Source: Chitinophagaceae bacterium (GTDB lineage Bacteria; Bacteroidota; Bacteroidia; Chitinophagales; Chitinophagaceae). From it: DNA of 64,000 nucleotides. Positions 20,404 to 29,888 of this stretch are shown piece after piece. Where the stretch lies: positions 23,661 to 87,660 of the forward strand of contig JAEUVB010000019.1 of the NCBI GenBank assembly GCA_016786845.1. The letters are read 5' to 3'. A program made the position numbers and the translations under genes. Under the pieces are notes generated by a model. The model searched no databases. It saw only the letters and a list, made by a program, of their open reading frames with translations, and was not told the origin of the DNA. The first letter of the stretch is position 1. Every line of letters starts with the position of its first letter.

Positions 20404-21717
20404 ATGCCAGGATATATACCCGATATAGAAACAAAATCGTTGGAAGAACAAACCGTTTTCCAGGAGCAAGGTTTAAAGTCTATGTTAGAATATGTAGCGG
20501 AACATTCAACTTATTATAAACGCTTATTTCAGGAACACCATATAGAAATCGGTCATATTCATCATTTGTCGGATTTACAAAAACTACCCACTACTTCCAA
20601 AGAAGATATTCAGTTACATAATATGGATTTTCTTTGTGTCAGTGCCGATCAGATCGCAGAATATACTGCCACTTCGGGCACCTTGGGCAGTCCTGTTTCT
20701 TTGGCCCTCACCCGTGGCGATATACAACGACTGGCCTACAACGAATATCTGTCTTTTGAACTCATGCATATCGGTCCCGGGGATGTTGTTCAGTTGATGT
20801 TGACCCTGGACAGACAATTTATGGCGGGGATGGCCTATTACTTGGGGTTGAAAAAAAATGGTGCCACGGCGGTAAGAACAGGACCGGGATTGCCCTCCAT
20901 GCAAATCGATATTATTCAACGATTGAAGTCGACGGTATTGGTTGCGGTTCCGTCTTTTATTTTAAAGTTGATTGAATATGCCCGTCAGGTGCATATCGAT
21001 CTTAATCAGCTACCGGTAAAAAAGATATTATGCATTGGTGAGAACATTCACAACAAAGATTTTTCGCCGAATGCCTTAGGTGCGTTGATGCAGGAAGCCT
21101 GGCCCATTGCCTATTATTCCACCTATGCATCCACCGAAATGCAAACAGCCTTTACCGAATGTGAAGCCGGACAAGGCGGGCATCATCATCCTGAACTCAT
21201 TATTGTAGAAATATTGGATGATGAGGGACGCCAGCTGGGACCGGGTGAATATGGAGAAGTAACCATTACGACCTTAGGTGTGGAAGGAATGCCTTTGTTG
21301 CGCTACCGTACCGGAGATATTTGCTGCTACTACGATACACCGTGTGCCTGTGGTCGCAAAACAAAACGACTCAGTCCGGTAAGCGGCCGTAAGCAACAAA
21401 TGATCAAGTATAAGGGAACAACCCTTTATCCTCCTGCCGTGTATGATGTCTTGAATCAGTTTCCTCAAGTGAAGGAATATGTGGTTGAAGTTCGTACAGG
21501 CGATTTAGGGAATGACGATTTGATTTTACATATCAATACGCCTTTATCGGCCGATGAATGCGAAAGAGCCCTGAAGCCTTTCTTGCAATCCAGATTGCGT
21601 GTGATACCCCACATCAATTACCTGTCTACCGCAGAGATCAATGATATGCAATTCCCGGCAGGTAGTCGCAAGGCCGTACGTTTTATTGATCAAAGAAAAT
21701 CTGCCAACCATGTCTGA
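20404..21717 (+). CDS. phenylacetate-CoA ligase family / F390-synthetase-like adenylating enzyme
   Basis: 437 aa. TSGTLGSP AMP-binding P-loop-like motif and YRTGD motif. Confidence 0.75.
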   Translation: MPGYIPDIETKSLEEQTVFQEQGLKSMLEYVAEHSTYYKRLFQEHHIEIGHIHHLSDLQKLPTTSKEDIQLHNMDFLCVSADQIAEYTATSGTLGSPVSLALTRGDIQRLAYNEYLSFELMHIGPGDVVQLMLTLDRQFMAGMAYYLGLKKNGATAVRTGPGLPSMQIDIIQRLKSTVLVAVPSFILKLIEYARQVHIDLNQLPVKKILCIGENIHNKDFSPNALGALMQEAWPIAYYSTYASTEMQTAFTECEAGQGGHHHPELIIVEILDDEGRQLGPGEYGEVTITTLGVEGMPLLRYRTGDICCYYDTPCACGRKTKRLSPVSGRKQQMIKYKGTTLYPPAVYDVLNQFPQVKEYVVEVRTGDLGNDDLILHINTPLSADECERALKPFLQSRLRVIPHINYLSTAEINDMQFPAGSRKAVRFIDQRKSANHV

Positions 21718-22090
21718 GAAAGTTAGAATGGATAAATATTTGTGGGCCATACGATTGTTTAAAACCCGAACCCTGGCCGCTGCAGCTTGTGATCAGGGTA
21801 AGGTCAAGTGGAAGGGGGAAAGTATAAAGGCCGCAAAGCCGGTGCAGTTGAATGAAGAATATGAAGTAAAGAATGAAGGCGGCAAAATGATCATTAAAGT
21901 GATCGGTATTATTTCGAATCGGGTAGCTTATCCTGAGGCGATAAAAAATTATTTAGACCTGACCCCTGAAGAAGATAAGTTGCAGGATAAACCCATCAGT
22001 TCAAGTTTTTATACCGGTAAAAGGTTAAGCAAACAAGGCCGTCCCACCAAACAACAGCGCCGGGACCTGGATGATTTTATGGAGGGCTAA
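21710..22090 (+). CDS. RNA-binding S4 domain protein (Hsp15-like)
   Basis: MSEKVRMDKYLWAIRLFKTRTLA.. S4 motif. The ATG at 21710 overlaps the preceding gene by 8 nt. Confidence 0.75.
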   Translation: MSEKVRMDKYLWAIRLFKTRTLAAAACDQGKVKWKGESIKAAKPVQLNEEYEVKNEGGKMIIKVIGIISNRVAYPEAIKNYLDLTPEEDKLQDKPISSSFYTGKRLSKQGRPTKQQRRDLDDFMEG

Positions 22091-22189
22091 TCGCCTAACA
22101 TGTGTTCATATGGAAAAATTATTTTAATATTACGTTCTTCTCATGAGATATAACCTTTTCCGGTTTCATGAGATCAAAGTGAATCCTAT

Positions 22190-22825
22190 ATGACGAATTT
22201 CATTCCTATTTTTCCATTGAACATTGTGGTATACCCCAATGAACATTTGAACCTGCACATCTTTGAAGATCGGTATAAGCAATTAATACGTGAATGCTAT
22301 GAAGAGAAAAAAACCTTCGGCATTCCGTCTGTTTTAAAAGGCAAGATCAGTGATATGGGATGCAGTGTGGAAATATTATCCATAGCCAAAGAACATGATA
22401 ATGGTAATCTGGATATTAAAACCATAGGCCGGCAAGTCTTTACCATTTTAGATATCATCCATGAGGTGCCGGATAAATTGTACAGTGGTGCCATTGTTCA
22501 CTATCCGGAAAACAATACCACCGGTATACAACGCAAAATGAAATTGATCATGAATGAATTAAGACATTTTCATTTTCTGTTGGAAGTATCGAAAGTCTAT
22601 ACCAAAAGTGACGACGAGATGACAGTATATGACATCGCTCATCATGCCGGACTATCTTTGGAACAGGAATATGAGTTATTGAATTTACTCCGGGAGGACC
22701 AAAGACAGGAGTACCTGCAGCGTCACTTAAAAGCGATCATTCCAACGATTATGGAATTAAAGAATTTAAAGGATAGAATACAGCTCAACGGACATTTTAG
22801 AAAATTATCAGTGGATGATAATTAA
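22190..22825 (+). CDS. LON N-terminal substrate-binding domain protein
   Basis: IPIFPLNIVVYPNEHLNLHIFEDRYKQL matches the Lon N-terminal domain signature. Confidence 0.8.
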   Translation: MTNFIPIFPLNIVVYPNEHLNLHIFEDRYKQLIRECYEEKKTFGIPSVLKGKISDMGCSVEILSIAKEHDNGNLDIKTIGRQVFTILDIIHEVPDKLYSGAIVHYPENNTTGIQRKMKLIMNELRHFHFLLEVSKVYTKSDDEMTVYDIAHHAGLSLEQEYELLNLLREDQRQEYLQRHLKAIIPTIMELKNLKDRIQLNGHFRKLSVDDN

Positions 22826-22931
22826 CAGTGGTCTGTATTTCTACACCTTTTGTAGAATTAACTTCTCCATTTTTGACTCAAATTAAAATATCTCCCTAAA
22901 TTGTGCCTCTTACAATTAATTAAACAACGCT

Positions 22932-23663
22932 ATGCTACCTGTATCACTTTGCCTGGATTTTGGAAATACGACCTATAAAGCGGCTTTATTTCATGGTGAT
23001 CGTCTGACTGAAAAATTTACTTTCACGCCGGATGATGCCTTGAATACGATTCATAAATTAATCATACTTCACAATCCCGGCAAATCGATATTGTCTTCTG
23101 TGGTCGATCATCCGGAAGGCATAGAAGAATTGTTGAAGGAGAAAACCCGATTTATCCTGTTGAATAATTCCGTAAGACTTCCTTTTCTGAATGCCTACGG
23201 CACGCCGGAAACTTTAGGCAATGACCGATTGGCATTGGTCGCAGGCTTGAGTAAACAATTCCCGGGTGAGAACAGTTTGGTGATATCCGTGGGAACCTGT
23301 ATCACCTACAATTTTTTAGCCCGCAACAATGCCTTCAGAGGCGGTGCCATTTCTCCGGGTTTAGACATTCGTTTGAAAGGCATGCATGAACATACCGATA
23401 AACTCCCTGTGGTAAAAAGAGAAGGACACAATTTATTATTGGGTTACGATACGGAATCGTCGATGCGCAGCGGAGCCATCAACGGCCTGGCTGCAGAGAT
23501 CGATGGAATGATCGATCGTTTCAGAGATCAGTACGGAGAAATTAACTCAGTTTTAACCGGTGGCGATGGAGCTTTCTTTGAAAGCCGTATTAAAAACAAG
23601 ATATTTGCAGACCCTAATTTTTTGTTTAAAGGACTATATGCAATATCTGAGCACAATTTTTAA
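22932..23663 (+). CDS. coaX: type III pantothenate kinase
   Basis: LDFGNTTYKAA and GNDR motifs of CoaX. Confidence 0.88.
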   Translation: MLPVSLCLDFGNTTYKAALFHGDRLTEKFTFTPDDALNTIHKLIILHNPGKSILSSVVDHPEGIEELLKEKTRFILLNNSVRLPFLNAYGTPETLGNDRLALVAGLSKQFPGENSLVISVGTCITYNFLARNNAFRGGAISPGLDIRLKGMHEHTDKLPVVKREGHNLLLGYDTESSMRSGAINGLAAEIDGMIDRFRDQYGEINSVLTGGDGAFFESRIKNKIFADPNFLFKGLYAISEHNF

Positions 23664-24915
23664 GTTATCACTGTTGGCCATCATTTTTGTGATCCCTCTG
23701 CAAGGCCAGGCTCAGGAAAATTCACCTTATTCACGTTATATCCTCGGAAATCTTAAATCGATCGAGAATGTTGCTTTTCGTGGTATGGGTGGTGTATGTA
23801 TTGCCGATGATCACAGTCTGATAGCGAACCCGTCTAATCCTGCTACCTATACCGGTCTGCGCATGACCTCTTATCAAGTTGGTCTTGAAGGGAATTTGGT
23901 GACCGTGAAAAACAGCAGCGTATCCAATCGTACCGGTTCGGCTACCTTGTCTTATGTCAATATCGGATTTCCCTTGTCGAAAAAATTAGGATTGAGTTTT
24001 GGTTTATTGCCACAAACCCGTTCGAAATACTCTATGGCTAAAAGCGATTCCATACCCGGAATTTCAAGAGTCAACAGCAGCTATTATGGCGGTGGCGGTA
24101 TTCAAAAAATCTACATTGGTGCGGCTTATAAAATCTCAGATTTTTCTGTGGGTTTAAATACAGGATATACGTTTGGCAATTTGGTCAATTCGTCTGAATC
24201 TTCTTTCACCGACTCTTTAAAGATTCTCTCTAACAATATCACAGCCCGGACCACCATGGGAGGTTTCTTTTGGCAGGTGGGGGCCTTGATGAATAAGAAA
24301 CTGAAGAAAGAATATACCCTTCGTTTGGGTGTTACTTACACGGGCGCTCAAAGTTTAAATGCCAAGAAAGAACAGTATTGGGAATCCTTCGGAGGCGATT
24401 TGAGTAACCCGGATTATGTAGGCAAGGTCGACAGTGTGATGAACTTAAAAGGCAAGGTTAAAATTCCGGCTTTGTTAGGTGTCGGAGCGATATTCAGCAA
24501 TGGCGATTTTTGGCAGGTGGGAGTAGACTTCAGAAGTTCCGACTGGACCAATTTTTCATCTTATGGCAATGCAGATTCAAGCGGAGCCTATTGGAATATT
24601 CGATTGGGTGGGGCCATCACGCCGGATGTGAATGCCGTCAATAATTTCTGGAAGAAAGTAACCTATCGTGTGGGTGCTTATACCGGTCAGGACATTTTAA
24701 AATTTGGTGACAACAACATAAAGAATATGGGCGTCACCGCAGGTGTCGGATTGCCCATCCGTCGTACTCAATTGAGTATCGGACAATTGAATGCCGGTAT
24801 AGATATCGGTAAACGCGGCACCACCGACAATGGTTTGGTTCGTGAAGGATATACCCGATTCTCATTTGGAATCACCTTTAATGATCGTTGGTTTATCAAA
24901 CGTCGTTATGACTAA
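23638..24915 (+). CDS. putative outer-membrane beta-barrel/porin-like protein
   Basis: Signal peptide (..VIPLQGQAQ) from the ATG at 23638. Gly/aromatic-rich strands, ending ..WFIKRRYD. Confidence 0.55.
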   Translation: MQYLSTIFKLSLLAIIFVIPLQGQAQENSPYSRYILGNLKSIENVAFRGMGGVCIADDHSLIANPSNPATYTGLRMTSYQVGLEGNLVTVKNSSVSNRTGSATLSYVNIGFPLSKKLGLSFGLLPQTRSKYSMAKSDSIPGISRVNSSYYGGGGIQKIYIGAAYKISDFSVGLNTGYTFGNLVNSSESSFTDSLKILSNNITARTTMGGFFWQVGALMNKKLKKEYTLRLGVTYTGAQSLNAKKEQYWESFGGDLSNPDYVGKVDSVMNLKGKVKIPALLGVGAIFSNGDFWQVGVDFRSSDWTNFSSYGNADSSGAYWNIRLGGAITPDVNAVNNFWKKVTYRVGAYTGQDILKFGDNNIKNMGVTAGVGLPIRRTQLSIGQLNAGIDIGKRGTTDNGLVREGYTRFSFGITFNDRWFIKRRYD

Positions 24916-24963
24916 TACGCGATGATGGTAACGGACTTACTCAATGCTCGATCCGGATACTGC

Positions 24964-25527
24964 ATGCGCACCCGATTATTTTTCGTAATCGTTTTGGGTA
25001 GTTTGATGTTCAGCCTTTATTCATGTAAGCAAGACCTTAAATCAGGCGTCAAGGTGTTAGATAAAAGCTTGCTCAATACCGAAAGGGCAGAAGAAGTCAC
25101 CATCATATACAGTAAGGAAGGACATACCCAGGCGATGTTATATACCAAATCGTTTAACCATATTCAAAATGTCATTCCCAGTTATATCGAAATGAAGAAG
25201 GGTTTGAAAGTGGAATTCTTTGATGACAGTCTGCATGTACAAAGTACCCTGACGGCCAAATACGGCAAGTACTTTGAATCGAACGGGAATGTGTTGGTGA
25301 GAGACAGTGTCGTGGTGACCAATAAGAAGAATGAGCGATTGAATACCGAAGAGTTGGTTTGGAACGAAAAGCTTCAAAAATTCTATACTGAAAAGTTTGT
25401 CAAAATTAGCACACCGACACAAGTGATTTATGGAGACGGATTAGAGTCTAACCAGAATTTTTCCGTGTACAAGATCACCAATGTGAAAGGCATCATCGGG
25501 ATCAGTAAGTCTGCCCTTCCGGAGTAA
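24964..25527 (+). CDS. LptC-like periplasmic LPS-export lipoprotein
   Basis: Lipobox (FSLYSC). The OstA/LptC-like beta-jellyroll assignment rests on sequence character and on its position after coaX and the OMP, so it is tentative. Confidence 0.45.
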   Translation: MRTRLFFVIVLGSLMFSLYSCKQDLKSGVKVLDKSLLNTERAEEVTIIYSKEGHTQAMLYTKSFNHIQNVIPSYIEMKKGLKVEFFDDSLHVQSTLTAKYGKYFESNGNVLVRDSVVVTNKKNERLNTEELVWNEKLQKFYTEKFVKISTPTQVIYGDGLESNQNFSVYKITNVKGIIGISKSALPE

Positions 25528-25530
25528 GAG

Positions 25531-25665
25531 AACGTGCCGACGAGGATGCAATCATCCTTGGGTAGGAACGCGAGCGTGAGGGATAGCAGCGGAAAGCGCC
25601 CGCGAGGCTCTGCTCGCGGGACTTGCAGCGGATAGCCCGGCCCGCCGCGGCGGGACACGCCCAAG
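25531..25665. repeat. GC-rich palindromic (REP-like) element
   Basis: Two strong hairpins: CCCGCGAG-gctctg-CTCGCGGG and the 14-nt perfect palindrome CCCGCCGCGGCGGG. It shares the words GCAGCGGA(A/T)AGC with 13586-13640 and 4845-4905. Confidence 0.7.
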
Positions 25666-25771
25666 CTATTTTTTTACCGCTTGTGAATTCGGGAATTTTT
25701 CTAATTTCGTATTTATTAGACAAACGTTAGTACTTTTACTAGACGTCTACTCATCATTCAAACCTTATTCT

Positions 25772-26284
25772 ATGAAACAAAATTTGATTCTCCTGTTCCT
25801 TTTATGTTCGTTCTCTGCCGCACAGGCACAATCTATCGGGCCGGGCATCACCTTCAATACCGCCGGAGGCAGTCAGGTGGTTGGTGGTAATACCTATGAA
25901 TGGTCCTTGGGTGAGATGGCTGTGGTCAGCACCAATACGGTCGGCAATATCACCATTACGCATGGTGTGCTTCAGCCCTTTAAGAAAAATGCGGATGCCG
26001 TTGAAAATTCATCCCTGGTGTTGAATCATGCCACCGTGTATCCTAATCCTGCCGATCAGCATGTGATCCTGAAAACCAATTTTAATGAAGCCGTGGCCAT
26101 GAATGCCCGTTTGTATGATGCCGGCGGACGTATCATTACCGACAAGCGTATACAAGCTCAATCGGGTTTGCATACGGAGAACTTCGATTTATCGGCGCTG
26201 TCTGCAGGTACTTATTTTATCATCCTGGATGTGACGATTCAGAATTCTCTTCAAAGCGCATCTTTTAAAATTCAAAAACAATAA
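25772..26284 (+). CDS. small secreted protein with T9SS C-terminal sorting domain
   Basis: Signal peptide ..FSAAQAQ. C-terminus [13 protein letters not shown]...[15 protein letters not shown]. Confidence 0.7.
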   Translation: MKQNLILLFLLCSFSAAQAQSIGPGITFNTAGGSQVVGGNTYEWSLGEMAVVSTNTVGNITITHGVLQPFKKNADAVENSSLVLNHATVYPNPADQHVILKTNFNEAVAMNARLYDAGGRIITDKRIQAQSGLHTENFDLSALSAGTYFIILDVTIQNSLQSASFKIQKQ

Positions 26285-26295
26285 ACACAGATTAT

Positions 26296-28260
26296 ATGAA
26301 ACAAAATCTCCTTCTCTTATTGGCCATGCTACTGACTTCAGTAGCCTCTTTTGCGCAGGCCCCACCGAAATTTAATTATCAGGGCGTTGCCAGAGATGCT
26401 GCCGGCAATCCGATTGCATCTCAAGCCATCGGTTTACGGATCAGTGTACTCGACGGATCCTCAACCGGTTCCGTGGTCTTTTCTGAAACACAAACGCCGC
26501 TCACCAATGCCTATGGACTTTTCAGTATTGCCATCGGAACGGGTACGCCTATTTCGGGCAGTATTGGTGCGGTCAATTGGGCCTCTGGCGATAAGTATGT
26601 GAAAATAGATATGGATCCGAATGGAGGGACCGCTTACTCCAATTTGACCACGACGCAATTATTGAGCGTTCCATATGCCATGTATGCCAATTCAGGTGTA
26701 GGTGCTCCCGGTCCTCAGGGGCCTCAAGGTCCTCAGGGTGTAGCGGGTGCTACCGGTCCGCAAGGTGCTACCGGTCCACAAGGTGTGGCGGGTCCTCAGG
26801 GAGTTGCCGGTCCTGCCGGTGCTACCGGTCCTGCCGGCGCAACGGGTCCTGCCGGTCCGCAAGGTCCTGCCGGTCCAACGGGTCCGCAAGGTCCTGCCGG
26901 TGCCAGTTATACTGCCGGATCAGGTATCAATATTGTGGGCACGGTCATCAATGCCAACGATATCTCTGCAACCAATGAATTACAAACCCTTAGCATTTCG
27001 GGTAATACCTTAAGCATCAGCAGTGGTAACAGTGTGACGCTGCCGGCAGGTGGTTCTTCCTATACCGCAGGAACAGGGATTAATATAACAGGTACCACCA
27101 TTTCGAATACGGGTGATTTAAGTACAACCAATGAATTGCAAACCTTAACCCTCAGCGGTAATACCCTGAGCATCAGCAACGGGAACAGTGTCACGCTGCC
27201 TGCAGGCGGAGGTGGTGGACTCAATGGTACCACCAACTATCTGGTGAAATTTACGGGTGCTACAACCGGCGGTAATTCTGCATTGTATGAAACAGGATCG
27301 AAAATTGGTTTAGGTAATACGACTCCGGGAGCCAAGTTGGATGTGCATACCGTGACGGATTCTGTAGCAACTTTTATCACATCCGATTATAGCTCAGAGA
27401 TCGACGATGGTATTTTGAACGTAACGTATACGGGTGCTGCCGATTTGAATCATATCGGTATTGCCGGTGTATCGGTTCCTAATCAGAATGGTGAAAATGG
27501 AATTGGTGTGGAAGGTTTAGGCGGTGGACTCGGTGTATTGGGTATCGGTATCAGTGGTTCTACAGTTGCCGCGTCTCAGACGATAGGGATTGAAGCCGAT
27601 GCGATTTCCGATGCCGACTATGCCATAGGCGTTGCCGGTTTTACTGATTCCTATAATGCAGGATCGCTTACTGCGATTGGTGTATATGGATATGCTGCCG
27701 GTGGTGCAACGAATTTTGCCGGTTTCTTTGATGGTGATGTGAGTGTGAGTGGTAACTTAAGCAAACTCGCCGGGACATTTAAAATCGATCATCCTTTAGA
27801 TCCGGAGAATAAATATCTCTATCACAGTTTTGTGGAAAGTCCGGATATGATGAATGTTTATAACGGTAATATTACGACCGATGCCAACGGTGAGGCTATC
27901 GTAAAAATGCCGGATTATTTTGAAGCGCTGAATAAAGACTTCCGTTATCAACTGACGGTAATCGGTGTTTTTGCTCAAGCGATTGTGGGTCAAAAAATGC
28001 AGAACAATCAATTCGTAATCAAGACCAGTCAGCCGAATGTAGAAGTGAGCTGGCAGGTTACCGGTGTTCGTCAGGATGCCTATGCGAATGCACATCGCGT
28101 GGTGGCTGAGGTAGAAAAAGAAAGTTTCAATAAAGGAAAATATCTTGCTCCGGTAGAATTGGGTAAACCATTAAGCCAGAAGATCATCAGCGTGAGCCGT
28201 CAGGCCGATAAAAGCAAACTGATCGTGAAGCCGGCTAAGACAACTAGTAGCAGAAGATAA
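26296..28260 (+). CDS. collagen-like triple-helix repeat protein with tail-fibre-like C-terminal region
   Basis: Signal peptide. 22 uninterrupted GXY triplets (nt 26701-26898). Two to three copies of TNELQTL(S/T)(I/L)SGNTLSIS(S/N)[10 protein letters not shown]. Confidence 0.8.
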   Translation: MKQNLLLLLAMLLTSVASFAQAPPKFNYQGVARDAAGNPIASQAIGLRISVLDGSSTGSVVFSETQTPLTNAYGLFSIAIGTGTPISGSIGAVNWASGDKYVKIDMDPNGGTAYSNLTTTQLLSVPYAMYANSGVGAPGPQGPQGPQGVAGATGPQGATGPQGVAGPQGVAGPAGATGPAGATGPAGPQGPAGPTGPQGPAGASYTAGSGINIVGTVINANDISATNELQTLSISGNTLSISSGNSVTLPAGGSSYTAGTGINITGTTISNTGDLSTTNELQTLTLSGNTLSISNGNSVTLPAGGGGGLNGTTNYLVKFTGATTGGNSALYETGSKIGLGNTTPGAKLDVHTVTDSVATFITSDYSSEIDDGILNVTYTGAADLNHIGIAGVSVPNQNGENGIGVEGLGGGLGVLGIGISGSTVAASQTIGIEADAISDADYAIGVAGFTDSYNAGSLTAIGVYGYAAGGATNFAGFFDGDVSVSGNLSKLAGTFKIDHPLDPENKYLYHSFVESPDMMNVYNGNITTDANGEAIVKMPDYFEALNKDFRYQLTVIGVFAQAIVGQKMQNNQFVIKTSQPNVEVSWQVTGVRQDAYANAHRVVAEVEKESFNKGKYLAPVELGKPLSQKIISVSRQADKSKLIVKPAKTTSSRR

Positions 28261-28280
28261 TATTCGTTTGATAGACAGAA

Positions 28281-28310
28281 AGTGCGCATCGTAAGGTGCG
28301 CATTTTTTTT
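28281..28310 (+). terminator. Rho-independent terminator after the collagen-like gene
   Basis: AGTGCGCA-tcgtaagg-TGCGCATT stem followed by a T8 run. Confidence 0.65.
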
Positions 28311-28381
28311 GCCCCCAACCTGCAGTCGTGATGATAGGAGGGCACGTATGGGGACCCTGAATCCCGCTGCGCGGGGAGAGT

Positions 28382-28438
28382 GAGAAAGAGAAAGAGAAAG
28401 AGAAAGAGAAAGAGAAAGAGAAAGAGAAAGAGAAAGAG
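28382..28438. repeat. (GAGAAA)n hexanucleotide microsatellite, 9.5 units
   Basis: Nine perfect GAGAAA units counted directly from the sequence, preceded by GGGGACCCTGAATCCCGCTGCGCGGGG. Confidence 0.95.
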
Positions 28439-28614
28439 GGCGGCGTAATCGTCATTGCAAACATGACCAACCCGGGTGTCGTTCTCAATCGTAATCCCAT
28501 GGTCATGTGAAGCAATCCCTTGCTACGAAGCACCCATTCACTCCTACATATTGCTACGGCAAATAACCAACACCCAAATTCATTTACCTTTGAGGTCTAT
28601 TCATTTCAATCGTC

Positions 28615-29862
28615 ATGCCTCAATTACTTTTCTTCTTACTCCTGAGTCTGCAACTGCAAGCACATATCTTATCGCCGGTGGTCAACCTTAGTCATCCCGA
28701 TCAAAAATGCAATGAACCTTCAGTGGTTCTCCATCCAAATGACCCGCAACGTATGATGGTCGCTACCAATGGCACACATATTTTTTATACTTCCGGCAAG
28801 GATAGTTTCCAACATATTCAGCCGGAAAGCAGCATGGGCATCAAGGGCGATCCTGTGCTCTTGTATGATGAGGATGGAATTTGTTATTTTGTCCACCTCG
28901 CTAAAAACAAAACCAAAAATCGACCGGCATACTTCGATCAAATTGTGATTCAGAAAACTTCGGATCATGGTGCTACATGGAATGACGGAGTGGGTACGGG
29001 CATCAATGGCAAGATGCACGATAAGCCCTGGTTGTCTGCAGATCGTAATATCCTTAGTCCTTTTCGCGGGAGTCTGTATCTCACCTGGACCCAGTTCGAC
29101 GGATATGAAAGCCAAGATCCCGGAGATTCCAGCCGTATTCTGTTTGCCTGCAGTCGCAATCAGGCTGAAAGTTTTTCAGAAGCGGTGGTGATCAGCGATC
29201 AGTCGGGCGATTGCATGGATGACGACAGTACCATGGAAGGGGCTACGACTTGTATCGGCCCCGACGGCAGCATCTATGCCGCATGGGCAGGGTTCAATCA
29301 AATTTATTTAGATCGAAGTTTTGATGGAGGCCGAACCTGGGGCAAGGATCAAATTGTGATGAAGGTGGCGGGAGGATGGTCGCTCGATCAACCTAAATTG
29401 TATCGCAGTAACGGACTTCCATTTTTGAATGCCGATGTTGAAGGGCATCTTTCTCTTTGCACGGTGGTTAAAGAGAAGGGGCATCATGTGGTTGTGGTTG
29501 CAGACAGTAAAGATCAGGGGAAACATTGGGCCGAGTCTGTTAATGTATTTCGCGATGATGCCGACTATATCATGCCTCACGCTTATCTCGATGCTACTAA
29601 CGGAAATTATTATATCCTTTGTTATCGCATTCAAGACGGACTCATGGATGTGATGCTGGCTTATCGCAAAAAAGGGGAGAAACATTTTACAACAGTCAAG
29701 GTCAATGAACAATCATTTGCATTGCCCGGTGAGTTGTTGTTTATGGGAGACTATATCAATGTATGTGCGAAGGGAAATTTAATCGTTTGTGTGTGGACCG
29801 AACCTCGGGATGGAAGTACCGTTGTGAAGTTGCGGAAAATAGAATTAGCAGGCCCTAAATAA
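28615..29862 (+). CDS. BNR/Asp-box repeat sialidase-like glycoside hydrolase
   Basis: Signal peptide. Three Asp-boxes: TSDHGATW, SFDGGRTW, SKDQGKHW. Confidence 0.7.
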   Translation: MPQLLFFLLLSLQLQAHILSPVVNLSHPDQKCNEPSVVLHPNDPQRMMVATNGTHIFYTSGKDSFQHIQPESSMGIKGDPVLLYDEDGICYFVHLAKNKTKNRPAYFDQIVIQKTSDHGATWNDGVGTGINGKMHDKPWLSADRNILSPFRGSLYLTWTQFDGYESQDPGDSSRILFACSRNQAESFSEAVVISDQSGDCMDDDSTMEGATTCIGPDGSIYAAWAGFNQIYLDRSFDGGRTWGKDQIVMKVAGGWSLDQPKLYRSNGLPFLNADVEGHLSLCTVVKEKGHHVVVVADSKDQGKHWAESVNVFRDDADYIMPHAYLDATNGNYYILCYRIQDGLMDVMLAYRKKGEKHFTTVKVNEQSFALPGELLFMGDYINVCAKGNLIVCVWTEPRDGSTVVKLRKIELAGPK

Positions 29863-29888
29863 GTTGGTATGCATCTTTCTTCCTCGCC

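Noticed and set aside
26692-27013. Alternate-frame ORFs (65 and 88 aa) over the collagen GXY tract
   Set aside because: They are artefacts of the triplet-periodic, stop-poor GGTCCTGCC-type DNA. The GXY frame is continuous with a signal peptide and a long C-terminal domain.
28171-28533. 120-aa minus-strand ORF containing (FS)n
   Set aside because: The FSFSFS run is the translation of the GAGAAA microsatellite. The ORF also overlaps the 3' end of the collagen-like gene.
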